This document shows positions 9,174 through 19,081 of a stretch of DNA of 64,000 bases, one piece after another (the stretch's first letter is position 1; each line of letters starts with the position of its first letter). The position numbers and the translations under genes were made by a program. The notes beneath the pieces are model-generated. The model was not told where the DNA came from. It did not search any database and was given only the letters and a program-made list of their open reading frames with translations. Source of the stretch: Alphaproteobacteria bacterium (GTDB lineage Bacteria; Pseudomonadota; Alphaproteobacteria; MPNO01); contig CBDFLJ010000001.1 in NCBI GenBank assembly GCA_965248835.1, positions 1,984,001-2,048,000 on the forward strand, in the 5' to 3' direction.

Positions 9174-10604
9174 CTATGCGGGCAGGGCGGCGTCGGGCCT
9201 GCCGAGGATGCGCTCGAAGCGTTGCGCCACCTCCACGACCAGATCGTCCGCACCCCAAGCCCCGACGATCTGGAGGCCGATGGGCAGGCCCTCGGCGTCG
9301 AACCCGCAGGGCAGCGACAGCGCGGGCTGGCCGGACAGGTTGAAAGGATAGGTGTAGGGAGTCCAGGTCAGCCATGGCAGCGGGGCGTCGATCTCGCCGC
9401 CCGGCGGCACCTCGTCCTCGGCGGCAAACGCGGTCAGCGGCATCGTCGGCATGACCAGTATGTCGGTGGTCTCGAAGACGGCGGCAAGCCGCGCGTTGAG
9501 CGCGCGACGCGCATCGAGCGCGGCCAGATAGGCGCCGATGTCGTAGCCTTTGGCGAGCGCTGTGCAGCGCACCAGTCCCGGATCCATCTCGGCGCCGCGC
9601 GCAGCCGCCAGCGCGCCATAGAAGTGGCCGCGCCCGACCACCCAGAAGGTCTCGAAGATCGCCCGCGGCAAATCGATGTCGAGCGCGGCATCGTGATAGT
9701 CCGCGCCGAGTTTGGCGCGCAGTGCAGCCAGCGCGGTCTCCAGCGCGGCGGCGACATCGGTTTCGGGCGCACAGCCGAACGGGGCCGCGACCTGGCCGAT
9801 ACGCAGCCTGCCCTTGCGCAGCCGGTCATGGGCATCGCGCGGGGCACGCGCAGCGCCGCCCTGGGACAGCGGATCGCGGACATCCGGGCCGCTGGTCGCA
9901 GCCACCACCAGGCGTGCGTCTTCGGCCGAGCGCGCAAGCGGACCGACATGGGACAGCGTGTCGGTAACGGTTGCCGGCCAGACCGGAATGCGACCGAGCG
10001 TCGGTTTCATCCCGACGGTGCCGCAGAACGCGGCCGGGATGCGGATCGAGCCGCCGACATCGGAGCCCAATGCGATCGGCACCGCGCCCGATGCCACGGT
10101 GGCGGCCGAGCCGGCGCTGGACCCGCCCGGGTTGCGCGTGGGATCCCAGGGGTTGCGGGTAATCCCGGTCAGCGGCGAGGAGCCGGTGCCCTTCCAGCCG
10201 AACTCGGGCATGGTGGTCTTGCCGATGATGACCGCGCCGGCCGCCAGCACGCGCTCGACCATCGGCGCGGTCTCGCTCGCCGGCGCGCCGGCGGCGGTGC
10301 GCGAGCCGCGGGTGACCGGATGGCCGGCAAGATAGAAGTTGTCCTTGACCGCAATCGGCACACCGTGCAGCGGCCCGCGCAGCCGGCCCGCCCGGGCCTC
10401 GCGTTCGCGTTCTTCGGCCGCGCGCCGGGCTTCGTCCTCGATCAGGCACACATAGGCGTTGATCACCGGCTCGGCCGCCTTGGCGAGCGCCAGCGCATGC
10501 TCGGCAAGCTGTACCGGCGACAGGTTGCCCCGGGCGATTTCGCGCGCCATCGCCGTGCCGGTGAACCGGGCGTAGCGCTGCGGCGTGAGCGGGGCGAAGG
10601 CCAT
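9174..10604 (-). CDS. Amidase-signature family protein
   Basis: AVKDNF, GGSSAGS, GSDVGGSIRIPAAFCG, YTYPFNLSGQPALSLP; start MAFAPL. Confidence 0.93.
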   Translation of the reverse strand: MAFAPLTPQRYARFTGTAMAREIARGNLSPVQLAEHALALAKAAEPVINAYVCLIEDEARRAAEEREREARAGRLRGPLHGVPIAVKDNFYLAGHPVTRGSRTAAGAPASETAPMVERVLAAGAVIIGKTTMPEFGWKGTGSSPLTGITRNPWDPTRNPGGSSAGSAATVASGAVPIALGSDVGGSIRIPAAFCGTVGMKPTLGRIPVWPATVTDTLSHVGPLARSAEDARLVVAATSGPDVRDPLSQGGAARAPRDAHDRLRKGRLRIGQVAAPFGCAPETDVAAALETALAALRAKLGADYHDAALDIDLPRAIFETFWVVGRGHFYGALAAARGAEMDPGLVRCTALAKGYDIGAYLAALDARRALNARLAAVFETTDILVMPTMPLTAFAAEDEVPPGGEIDAPLPWLTWTPYTYPFNLSGQPALSLPCGFDAEGLPIGLQIVGAWGADDLVVEVAQRFERILGRPDAALPA

Positions 10605-10605
10605 C

Positions 10606-11793
10606 TCAGGCGGCACCCAGCAGCTTTGCTGCGGCCAGCGCGTTGATCCGGGTCGCCGCCTCCAGATCGGCAAGCGCAATCGATTCGTCGGGCTGGTAGA
10701 CCGGCTCTCCGCCCGGCCCGAAGATCACCGTCGGACACAGATGGCCGAAGCTCGCGGTGTCGCCGAGCCACGAGCCACCGACCAGGACCGGGGGCTCGCC
10801 CATCACCGTCTCCCACGCTTCGGCGAGGCAGGTGACCACCGGCGCATCGGTTGGCACCATGAAGGCATCCTTTTCATCGGCGACGACCAGCTCGATCCTG
10901 ATCTCCGGATCGCGCGCGCAGACGCGGTCGATCGCCTCGCGGATGACCGCCTGGACCTCCTCCAGCCCCACCCCGGGCTGCGGTCGGGTATCGACCCGGA
11001 TGGTGCAGCGGTCGGGGATCATCGACGGGCCGCCGGGGAACAGCCCGCCGAAGATACGCCCGACCGCGATGTAGAGCTCGGGACCGACGAGCGCCTTCAT
11101 CGCCGCGCTGATCTCGGGGAAATAGCGCAGCCTGGCGATTTCGTCTGCGACCGGCAGCATCTTCTCGATCGCGTTGACCGCGCGGTCCTTGTGACAGGTA
11201 TGGGCGGACAGGCCGATGGTCGAAATGTCGAAATAGTAGCGGCCGCGATGGGCGACGTAGATCTGCATGCCGGTCAGCTCGCCCAGAATGCAGTGATCGA
11301 ACGCGTGGCGTCGGAACAGGTCGATGCTGCCGGTCTGATCCCCCATGTGATCGCACACCGCAGCGAAGGTGATCTTGCCGGCGAGACGCAGGCCGGACTC
11401 GACCAGAGTCTTGATCGCCCCGATCTGGCAGCCGAGCCCGGCCTTCATGTCCATCACCCCGTGACCGAACATGCGGCCGCCCTCGATCGCGCCGTCGAAC
11501 GGATCGCGGGTCCAGCCCTCGCACACCGGCTTGGTATCCAGGTGGCCGGTGAACAGCAAATGCGGACCCGGCCTTCCGCTGTCGACCTCCCACAGCGTGT
11601 TGGAGCGGCCGTCGAAGACGTCCTCGCACCAGACCCGGCCGATGCCGATCTGTCCGATCCGGTCTTCGAGCTCGGCGGCGAGCACGGCCTCCTTGCCGCA
11701 GGTGCTGTCGGTCCGGACGAGTTGTTGGGTGACATCGACCGAAAGCGCGGAATCGAGCGCGCCGTTCACCTTCTCGAACAGCACTGGCTGCAT
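10606..11793 (-). CDS. M20 metallopeptidase (ArgE/DapE-like deacylase)
   Basis: GHLDT, GHGVMDMKAG, GELT, FGPG; note CDHM where M20 enzymes usually have DEE. Confidence 0.88.
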   Translation of the reverse strand: MQPVLFEKVNGALDSALSVDVTQQLVRTDSTCGKEAVLAAELEDRIGQIGIGRVWCEDVFDGRSNTLWEVDSGRPGPHLLFTGHLDTKPVCEGWTRDPFDGAIEGGRMFGHGVMDMKAGLGCQIGAIKTLVESGLRLAGKITFAAVCDHMGDQTGSIDLFRRHAFDHCILGELTGMQIYVAHRGRYYFDISTIGLSAHTCHKDRAVNAIEKMLPVADEIARLRYFPEISAAMKALVGPELYIAVGRIFGGLFPGGPSMIPDRCTIRVDTRPQPGVGLEEVQAVIREAIDRVCARDPEIRIELVVADEKDAFMVPTDAPVVTCLAEAWETVMGEPPVLVGGSWLGDTASFGHLCPTVIFGPGGEPVYQPDESIALADLEAATRINALAAAKLLGAA

Positions 11794-11987
11794 CCCGCAT
11801 GCTCCCTGAATTGCGTCGGCGCCCGGCGGCCGCGCGCTATCGAACATTCGGGCCGGCGCCAGGTATCTTGCCGCGCGAGGCTCTTACCGGATCGCTCCGA
11901 GTGTAGCGTCAAATATGATAATGTAACCCCGCATCACGCCCGATCCAGGCGCCGGCCGCACGGGGCCGATTGCGGGAGGACCAGGAA

Positions 11988-12686
11988 ATGACGTCTGGCG
12001 CGGGTCATGCGAAGGCGCGGGAAACGAAATCTCGGACGCTGTGGAGATGCGCGGTCCTGACCGCTCTCCTGGCGGTTCTCACAGCGTGCGGCACGGTGGA
12101 CATTCCGCTCCCCTATCGCGACCGCGTGACCGAGGGCACCAAGATCTACAAGAAGTTCTTTACCGGCCGCGTCCTGGTCACCCGAGTAGTCCGACCGGTA
12201 TTTCGCAAGGATGCCGGGTATGCGTCGGCCAAGTACTTCCTGCCCGACGGGACGTCATTGGGGTGCGCCCGCCTGGCCGGGTCGACTCTGACCACGCGGA
12301 GCCGCTGGGATATCGAGCCCAACGGCCCGGTTTATGCGGCGTTGAGAACCTGGGGCTGGAGGGCCGAGCGCGGCCGGGGAACCAAAGGATTCTTTCCGAT
12401 CCGCTACAACCGAAAAACCGGCCATATAGGGATCGGCACCAGATTGGTCAGATATGTCCGTGTCGCGCTCACTGACGGCTGGATCCAGAACGATTTTCCC
12501 GGAGCGCTCAAAAATGCCTGCCCGGACGTTGCGCTGCCGCCCGACCTGGCGATCAACGAAAAGCAGACCTCGCTTTTCCTGGAGGAGATGCGGGCGCAGG
12601 ATCCGGACGCCCCGATTCAAAACTTTCCCGGCACCGAAAAGCTCAAAGGAAGGCATTTTCTGGGCGTCATCCCGTTGGATGACTAG
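11988..12686 (+). CDS. Hypothetical lipoprotein
   Basis: Hydrophobic stretch ending in lipobox LTA-C; GGAGG/AGGA RBS; no family recognised. Confidence 0.6.
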   Translation: MTSGAGHAKARETKSRTLWRCAVLTALLAVLTACGTVDIPLPYRDRVTEGTKIYKKFFTGRVLVTRVVRPVFRKDAGYASAKYFLPDGTSLGCARLAGSTLTTRSRWDIEPNGPVYAALRTWGWRAERGRGTKGFFPIRYNRKTGHIGIGTRLVRYVRVALTDGWIQNDFPGALKNACPDVALPPDLAINEKQTSLFLEEMRAQDPDAPIQNFPGTEKLKGRHFLGVIPLDD

Positions 12687-12692
12687 GCGTTG

Positions 12693-13004
12693 TCAGCCCG
12701 GCGATCCGCCGGCCGCCTCAGCCTCGGCAGCCGCGCGCTTGATCCGGCGCTTGAGCCGGCGGGCCTCATCGGTCAGGCCGGCGTCGCCGGTCTTCAGGAG
12801 ATAGGCGTCCAGACCGCCGTTGTGCTCGATCGAACGGATCGAGCTTGCGGTAAGCCGCAGACGCACCGCCCGGCCCAGCGCGTCGGACAGCAGGGTCGCG
12901 GTCTGCAGGTTCGGCAAAAACCGCCGCCTGGTCCTGTTGTTGGCGTGGCTGACGTTGTTGCCCGTCAGCACACCCTTGCCGGTCACGCCGCAGCGCCGTG
13001 CCAT
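12693..13004 (-). CDS. rpmB: 50S ribosomal protein L28
   Basis: [34 protein letters not shown]; true start lies inside the longer track ORF. Confidence 0.97.
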   Translation of the reverse strand: MARRCGVTGKGVLTGNNVSHANNRTRRRFLPNLQTATLLSDALGRAVRLRLTASSIRSIEHNGGLDAYLLKTGDAGLTDEARRLKRRIKRAAAEAEAAGGSPG

Positions 13005-13063
13005 CTTTCCCACTCCGGAACAGCGAACCCTCTCCCGCCCCTGGGCGCGGGAGGCCCGGTGTT

Positions 13064-14260
13064 TTAGTCGTCCGGAGCGGTGTCCGTCAAGCTTCTGGAG
13101 CGGCGGTGTTGCCGTGCCAGGGCCAGCGCCAGCGCTGCGGCGCAGACCATGACCAGCGCGCCCAGCACAAACGGCCAGTCGCGGCCGAACGCGCCCAGCA
13201 CCGTCCCGCTGAGCGCCGGGCCGAGGATCCGGCCGAGCCCGCCGGCCGACTGCGACAGGCCGAGCAGCGCGCCCCGCTCGTGCGCACGGGCCCGCGCGGC
13301 GATCAGCGACGTCAGAGACGGCCCGCAGACGGAAACGCCGAAGACGATCAGCCCCAGCCCGACCATGACCAGGCCCATGCCGCCGGCAAGCGGCAGCACG
13401 AGGCATCCGGCCGCAACCGCGCCCATGCCCAGCACGACGGCGTAGTGTTCCCCCAGGCGCGCCGCGATCGGGCCGATCGCCAAGCCCTGTACCACCACCG
13501 CGACGGCGCCCATGAAGGTGTACATGTATCCGTTGGCCACCGGCCCCCAGCCGAAGGCCCGTTCGGACCACAGTGCGAAGACGGTCTCGATGCCGGAGAA
13601 CACCATCGGCGTGGAAAAGACCAGCACCAGCAGCGGCGCGATCCCGGCCTCGCGGACCCGCCGCCACCACCGATCCGCCGGCCTGCCTCGGACCGCCCGT
13701 GCGCGGGCGGTCCGGTCGACGGTTTCCTTCAACAGCACCAGCGCCAGGACGAAGGCGACGGCGGTCATCCCGGCGGCGACCAGGAACGGCAGCTGGAAGT
13801 CGGGGTTGGCCGGGTCGGACCCGGACAGAAGCCCGCCGATCGCGGGCCCGGCGACGAAGCCGAGCCCGGCGGCCGCGCCGACCCGGCCCATCGCGCCGGC
13901 CCGCCGGTCCGGCCCGACCAGGTCGGCGACATAGGCGTGCGCGACGCCGATATTGCCGGCCATCGCCCCGCCGAAGGCGCGCGCCAGGAACAGCCCGGCG
14001 AGGCTGTCGGTATGCGCCAGCGCCAGATAGCCGACGCAGGCCCCGGCCGATGTCGCCAACAGGACCGGCTTGCGCCCGACCCGGTCGCTCAGCCGGCCCC
14101 AGACCGGCGCGAAGACGAACTGCATCGCGGTGTAGGAGGCCGCCACCAGCGTGACCGTGCCGGGGCTGGCACCGTAGGCCTGGGCGTAGAACGGCTGCAG
14201 CGGCAGCACGATGCCGAACCCGATCAGGTCGACGAAGACGGTCAGCAGCAGCGCCGGCAT
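13064..14260 (-). CDS. MFS transporter, DHA1/TetA-like
   Basis: [23 protein letters not shown], about 12 TM helices. Confidence 0.92.
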   Translation of the reverse strand: MPALLLTVFVDLIGFGIVLPLQPFYAQAYGASPGTVTLVAASYTAMQFVFAPVWGRLSDRVGRKPVLLATSAGACVGYLALAHTDSLAGLFLARAFGGAMAGNIGVAHAYVADLVGPDRRAGAMGRVGAAAGLGFVAGPAIGGLLSGSDPANPDFQLPFLVAAGMTAVAFVLALVLLKETVDRTARARAVRGRPADRWWRRVREAGIAPLLVLVFSTPMVFSGIETVFALWSERAFGWGPVANGYMYTFMGAVAVVVQGLAIGPIAARLGEHYAVVLGMGAVAAGCLVLPLAGGMGLVMVGLGLIVFGVSVCGPSLTSLIAARARAHERGALLGLSQSAGGLGRILGPALSGTVLGAFGRDWPFVLGALVMVCAAALALALARQHRRSRSLTDTAPDD

Positions 14261-14309
14261 CGCGGACTCCGCTGCCGCGCGACCGATCCGGACGGGCGCC
14301 GGGGCGCGC

Positions 14310-15050
14310 TCAGTTGACCCGGCCGACGGCGCGCGCGAGCAGCATGTAGAGCTTGCCGACGTCGGCCGACAGGAAGGTCGAACTCAGGAGGTTCTCCGGA
14401 TCACTCTCGTTGGCCTCGGCCAGCAGCTTCTCGAAATGATCGAGATAGCGCAAGGCGCAGCCTCGAAAGTTCTCGTCCCGGTCGTATTTCTCCCGGATGA
14501 CCTGGCGGGCCCGGACCGCGTCCTTCGACAGGATGCCGCGCACGAAGACCCCGCAGTCGCCCTCGGCGGACTTCGGCCCCATCTTTTGCGGGCACGCGTT
14601 GTTGGGCAGGCGGTTGAGGTCGATCGCGCTCGCGTTGAGATCCTCGATCACGAACCTGGAGGCGCGTAGGAACATTGCGCGCCGCGAATCGAAGGAATTG
14701 CGCCGGACGACCCCGGCCTGGCTGTCGGCGGCCGCAATCGTCGGCGCGTTCGGATGGGCCAGGCGGCGCTCGATCTCGGCCTGCAGGGCTTCGGACGTGC
14801 GCCTGAGCGCGGCAAGGCGGCGCGCAAACCCGATGACCAGCCACGCGAGCACGACCGGCGCGAACATCCCGGCAAGGAACGCGCCGATCACGTGGGGCGG
14901 GGATTGCCAGACCTCCCGCCAGCCGATATGGCCGCCTATGTAATAGGCGCACAGGACCAGCCATGCCGCCGACAGGCCGGCGGCGGCGATCATCGATCGG
15001 ACCCAGCCCCGCGCGGCAGGATCCAGGGGCCGGCTCACCGGCTGTTTCAT
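14310..15050 (-). CDS. Hypothetical membrane protein resembling the N- and C-termini of TipN/GPR-like polar proteins, without the central coiled coil
   Basis: Two N-terminal TMs (GAFLAGMFAPVVLAW); C-terminal RYLDHFEKLL..FLSADVGKLYMLLARAVGR. Confidence 0.6.
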   Translation of the reverse strand: MKQPVSRPLDPAARGWVRSMIAAAGLSAAWLVLCAYYIGGHIGWREVWQSPPHVIGAFLAGMFAPVVLAWLVIGFARRLAALRRTSEALQAEIERRLAHPNAPTIAAADSQAGVVRRNSFDSRRAMFLRASRFVIEDLNASAIDLNRLPNNACPQKMGPKSAEGDCGVFVRGILSKDAVRARQVIREKYDRDENFRGCALRYLDHFEKLLAEANESDPENLLSSTFLSADVGKLYMLLARAVGRVN

Positions 15051-15152
15051 CGGCCCAGTTGAATTTCCTTATAGGATAGAAGTTCACGCGCAGGACCACA
15101 GCTCGGTCCGGACTATAGCTTCGCGGGACGAATCGTTCCAACCGGTCGGCGG

Positions 15153-16031
15153 CTACCAGGTCAGGGACGCCAGCACGTAATCGGGCCAGACGCCGGCGGA
15201 TTCGCACAAGGCGGCGAGCGCCGTCGGATCGGGCGTGGCGCCGTGTGCACATCCGAGCGCTTCGCCATGGATGCCGCCGGGGACCAGAGCGGATGCAAGC
15301 CCGGCAGCGGCCGCACCGGCGATATCGGTGGCCAAGGTGTCGCCGATCGCGATCACCCGTCCGCGGGTTAAGCCGGCAAGGCGCGCGAAGCAGTCCCGGT
15401 AGATCGCCTTGTGCGGCTTGCCGTGGTAGCGGACCGTCCCGCCCAGGGCCTCGTAGCGGCATGCCAGCGCCCCGGCGCAGAGCGCCCGGTCGGCGCCCCG
15501 CATCACCCACAGGTCGGGGTTTGCGCAGATCATCGGCAAGCCGAGCCCCGCCGCCGCCGCGAGGTCGGCCTCGTAGTCGGCGAGCGTCGCCTCGATGCGA
15601 AAGGGACCGGTATTGACGATGAAATCGGCGTCCCGGAGCGAGTCCGTCCGGTCTATGTCGAGGCCTTCGAGCAGCGGCCCGTCACGCCCCGCACCCATCA
15701 GATAGCAGCGTCGGCCAAGTGCTGCGTGCCACGAATCGGATCGCGTCTTCAGGGCCTGCCATGTCGCCTCGCCCGAGGAGACGACCGCCCGGCAATGCCG
15801 TTCGGGCAGGCCGAACCCGGCCAGCATGTCCGCGACCGTCCGCGCGCGCCCGGGCGCATTCGACAGCATCACGAACGCCTTGCCGGAAGCGGTCAGGCGA
15901 TCCAGCGCATCGAGGACGCCGGGGTAAAGCGCGCACCCGTCATGGATGACCCCCCAGATATCGAGGATGAAGCCGTCGAAATCGCCGGCCAGCGCCGAGA
16001 CTCCGCGGATCATGGGTGGCGTGCCTGCCAT
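15153..16031 (-). CDS. HAD-IIA hydrolase (TIGR01459-like)
   Basis: LDIWGVIHDG, LSNAP, CANPD, HGKPH, IGDTLATDIAGA. Confidence 0.93.
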   Translation of the reverse strand: MAGTPPMIRGVSALAGDFDGFILDIWGVIHDGCALYPGVLDALDRLTASGKAFVMLSNAPGRARTVADMLAGFGLPERHCRAVVSSGEATWQALKTRSDSWHAALGRRCYLMGAGRDGPLLEGLDIDRTDSLRDADFIVNTGPFRIEATLADYEADLAAAAGLGLPMICANPDLWVMRGADRALCAGALACRYEALGGTVRYHGKPHKAIYRDCFARLAGLTRGRVIAIGDTLATDIAGAAAAGLASALVPGGIHGEALGCAHGATPDPTALAALCESAGVWPDYVLASLTW

Positions 16032-16064
16032 CCTCAGCGTGGCTCCCGCACCGGGCGCGCGGCC

Positions 16065-18368
16065 TCAGCGGCCGGAACGCCGCAGAATCGCCCGCATCCG
16101 TGCCGGCGTGACCGGCAGGAAGGTGACCGCGCCGGGGATGCCGACCGCCTCGTCGATGGCACCGGCGATTGCCGCGCCGACGCCGTTGATGCCGCCCTCG
16201 CCGCCGCCCTTCAGACCCAGCGGGTTGTGCGGGCTGGGCGCATCCTCGGTCACCAGACAGTCGATCCGGGGGACTTCCGACAGGGTGGGTATCAGGTAGT
16301 CGGCCAACGTCACCGCAAGCGGCTGGCCGTGCTCGTCATAAGTGTACTCCTCGAACAGGGCGCCGCCGATGCCCTGCACGCAGCCGCCGCGGAGCTGACC
16401 CTCGAGCATCGCCGGGTTCACGGTGCGTCCGACGTCATAGGCGATCAGGAATCGCTCGAGCGCGATGCCGCCGGTCGCCCGGTCGATGCGCACCACCGCG
16501 ATATGGATGCCATAGGGAAAGGTGGTGCGGTCGGTTTCGAAGAATTCCTCGGCGGCGAGGCCGGACGGCTCGGTTTCGAGATAGGCCGCGATCTCGCCGA
16601 GGTTCACCGACGGGCCGGCCGGATCCCCGGCAACGAAAGCGGTGCTGCCGGCCATCGTCAGCCCCTCGCGGGGCCGCTGGAGCAGGGCCGATGCGGCGGC
16701 AAGCGCCTTGGCGCGCACCGCAAGGGCGGTCTTGTGCACCGCGTTGCCGGTCAGCACCGTCGCCCGCGTGGCATGGGCGCCGATGCCGTAATCGATCCGG
16801 TCGGTCTGGCCGTGGATCACCCGCACGACGCGGTAGTCGACGCCGAGCGCCGCGGCGCAGATCTGGGCCATGGTGGTCTCGAAGCCCTGGCCGATCGAGG
16901 CGCCGCCGGTCACGACCTCGACCGCGCCGCTTCGATCGACCGCGATGCGCGCGCCATCGGACGGCCCGCGCCCGCTTTCCTCCAGGAACAGCGCGAGGCC
17001 GGCACCGACCAGCTCGCCGCCGGCGCGGCGCCGGACGAGCGATGCAAGCAGGCCTTGCCAGCCGACGGCGGCGAGCGCCTTGTCCAGCAGCCGGGGATAA
17101 TCGCCCGAATCCAGCACCAGCGGCTCGATGCCCGCCTCGTCGAAGGCGAGCGTATGGGGCATCTCGGCTGCGGTTATCAGGTTGCGCCGCCGCACCTCGA
17201 TCCGGTCGAGACCGAGCCTGTCGGCCACCGCGTCCATGAGCCGCTCGCGCACGAAAGTGCTCTCGAAACGCCCGGGTGCGCGGTAGGTCGCCGCCGGGGT
17301 CTTGTTGGTCAGCCGGACATGGCAGACCGCGCGGAACGCCGGCACGCGGTAGAGTCCGCTCAGCATGCACATCGTCCGGTTGGGGACGTTGACGCCGTGG
17401 GTGCGGACATAGCCGCCCTGGTCGTGGAAGATGGTGTCCTCGATGCCGAGGATCCGGCCCTGCGCGTCGACGGCGATGCGCGCAAGGTGGCGCTGCTCGC
17501 GGCCCTGGTTGGCCGCCATCAGGTGTTCCTGGCGGTCTTCGATCCATTTGACCGGTCGGCCGAGCCGCCTGGCGGCGGCCAGCACCAGGATGTCCTCCGG
17601 GTATAGCTCGCCCCGGATGCCGAACCCGCCGCCGACGTGGCTCTCGTGCAGGTGGATGCGCTCCGGTGCGAGCTTGAGCATGCGCACCAGGGTTTCCTTG
17701 TTGCGGTGGGGGATCTTGGCCGCGCCGTGCAGCGCCAGCGTGTCGGTCGCAGGGTCGTAGACGCCGATCGCCCCGCGGGTCTCCATCGGCACCCCGGAAT
17801 GCCGCCCGGTGCCGAGCTCGAGCGCGACGATGTGCGCGGCACGGGCAAAGGCGTCCTCGACATCGCCGCGGGTGTGGCTCAACACCGCGGCCTCGGTGTC
17901 CAGACCGTCGGCGAACGGGCCGGGCTCCTCATCTGCCGAGCCGATGACCGGCAGCGGATCGATCTCGACCGCGACCATCTCGGCCGCGTCTTCTGCGATG
18001 TAGGGGTCCTCGGCGAAGACGGCCGCCAGCGGATCGCCGACATAGCGCACCCGCCCGCGCGCAAGCGCATGCTGACGGTACGGCTTGAGGCCCTCGTCCC
18101 GGCGGTCGGCGCGGAAATCGATCGGCGGCAGATCCGCGATGTCCGAAGCGGTCCATACCGCGACCACGCCGGGGACCGCGGCCGCCGCCGCGGTCGCGAT
18201 GCGCACGATCCGGCCATGAGCGTGGTCCGAGCGCACGACCCGCATGTGGAGCTGGCCGGCGAAGCCGATATCGGCGACGAAGCGCCCCCGCCCGGTGACC
18301 AGCGGCAGGTCCTCGATCCGATCGACCGGCCGGCCGAGCGTGTCGTCTTGGTGTTGCGTCCTCACCAC
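16065..18368 (-). CDS. Xanthine dehydrogenase-family molybdopterin-binding (large) subunit
   Basis: RIEDLPLVTGRGRF, VGGGFG, loop ATYRAPGR, GQGFET, KGGGEGG; GTG start approximate. Confidence 0.92.
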   Translation of the reverse strand: MVRTQHQDDTLGRPVDRIEDLPLVTGRGRFVADIGFAGQLHMRVVRSDHAHGRIVRIATAAAAAVPGVVAVWTASDIADLPPIDFRADRRDEGLKPYRQHALARGRVRYVGDPLAAVFAEDPYIAEDAAEMVAVEIDPLPVIGSADEEPGPFADGLDTEAAVLSHTRGDVEDAFARAAHIVALELGTGRHSGVPMETRGAIGVYDPATDTLALHGAAKIPHRNKETLVRMLKLAPERIHLHESHVGGGFGIRGELYPEDILVLAAARRLGRPVKWIEDRQEHLMAANQGREQRHLARIAVDAQGRILGIEDTIFHDQGGYVRTHGVNVPNRTMCMLSGLYRVPAFRAVCHVRLTNKTPAATYRAPGRFESTFVRERLMDAVADRLGLDRIEVRRRNLITAAEMPHTLAFDEAGIEPLVLDSGDYPRLLDKALAAVGWQGLLASLVRRRAGGELVGAGLALFLEESGRGPSDGARIAVDRSGAVEVVTGGASIGQGFETTMAQICAAALGVDYRVVRVIHGQTDRIDYGIGAHATRATVLTGNAVHKTALAVRAKALAAASALLQRPREGLTMAGSTAFVAGDPAGPSVNLGEIAAYLETEPSGLAAEEFFETDRTTFPYGIHIAVVRIDRATGGIALERFLIAYDVGRTVNPAMLEGQLRGGCVQGIGGALFEEYTYDEHGQPLAVTLADYLIPTLSEVPRIDCLVTEDAPSPHNPLGLKGGGEGGINGVGAAIAGAIDEAVGIPGAVTFLPVTPARMRAILRRSGR

Positions 18369-18526
18369 CGGACGATACCGCCGCGGGCGGGGTGGAATCC
18401 ACTGATCCGCCTTGCTCCGGCGCGCGTTGCGACCCCGCCCGACCGGCCGGCATCGACGTGGACGCGCGGACGCCCTATATCGGTGCGCAAGCGGCTTGGA
18501 CGGGAAACCATCGCGTGCCGGACGGG

Positions 18527-18967
18527 GTGACATCAGGCGAGACGATCGAGGAGGCCAAGGAAGGCCTGGTCGCGGACTTCGCGTTTCTGGGCGACTGGGT
18601 TCAGCGCTACGAATACATCGTCGACCTCGGCCGCGCCCTCGAAGGCCTGGCCGAGGCGGACAAGATCGACAGCCGCCTGGTGCCGGGCTGCCAGTCGCGC
18701 GTGTGGTTGCACGTCGATTGCCGCGACGGACGCTTGCATTTCCGGGCCGATAGCGACGCGATCATCGTGCGCGGGCTGATCGCACTCCTGCTCAGGATCT
18801 ATTCGGGCCGCACGCCGGCGGAGATCCTGGCCACGCCGCCGTCGTTCTTCGAGGTCCTGGAACTTGGCTCGCACCTGAGCGGCAGCCGCGCCAACGGGCT
18901 GCATGCGATGGTCCGGCGCATCCACGCCTATGCGGGCGGGGACTCGGCCGCCGGTTCGCGCGCCTGA
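18527..18967 (+). CDS. sufE: SufE family sulfur acceptor
   Basis: DWVQRYEYIVDLGR, VPGCQSRVW, ADSDAIIVRGL, SRANGL. Confidence 0.93.
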   Translation: MTSGETIEEAKEGLVADFAFLGDWVQRYEYIVDLGRALEGLAEADKIDSRLVPGCQSRVWLHVDCRDGRLHFRADSDAIIVRGLIALLLRIYSGRTPAEILATPPSFFEVLELGSHLSGSRANGLHAMVRRIHAYAGGDSAAGSRA

Positions 18968-19081
18968 CCGGGGCGATATCCCGGTCGCGCCTGCACGCCC
19001 GCATGGAAGCCGGTTTCGAAGATTGATCTTGTCGGCCGTCCCGGCGGGCGCCTACTCTCACCGACGCACCATCAAGGCGAA

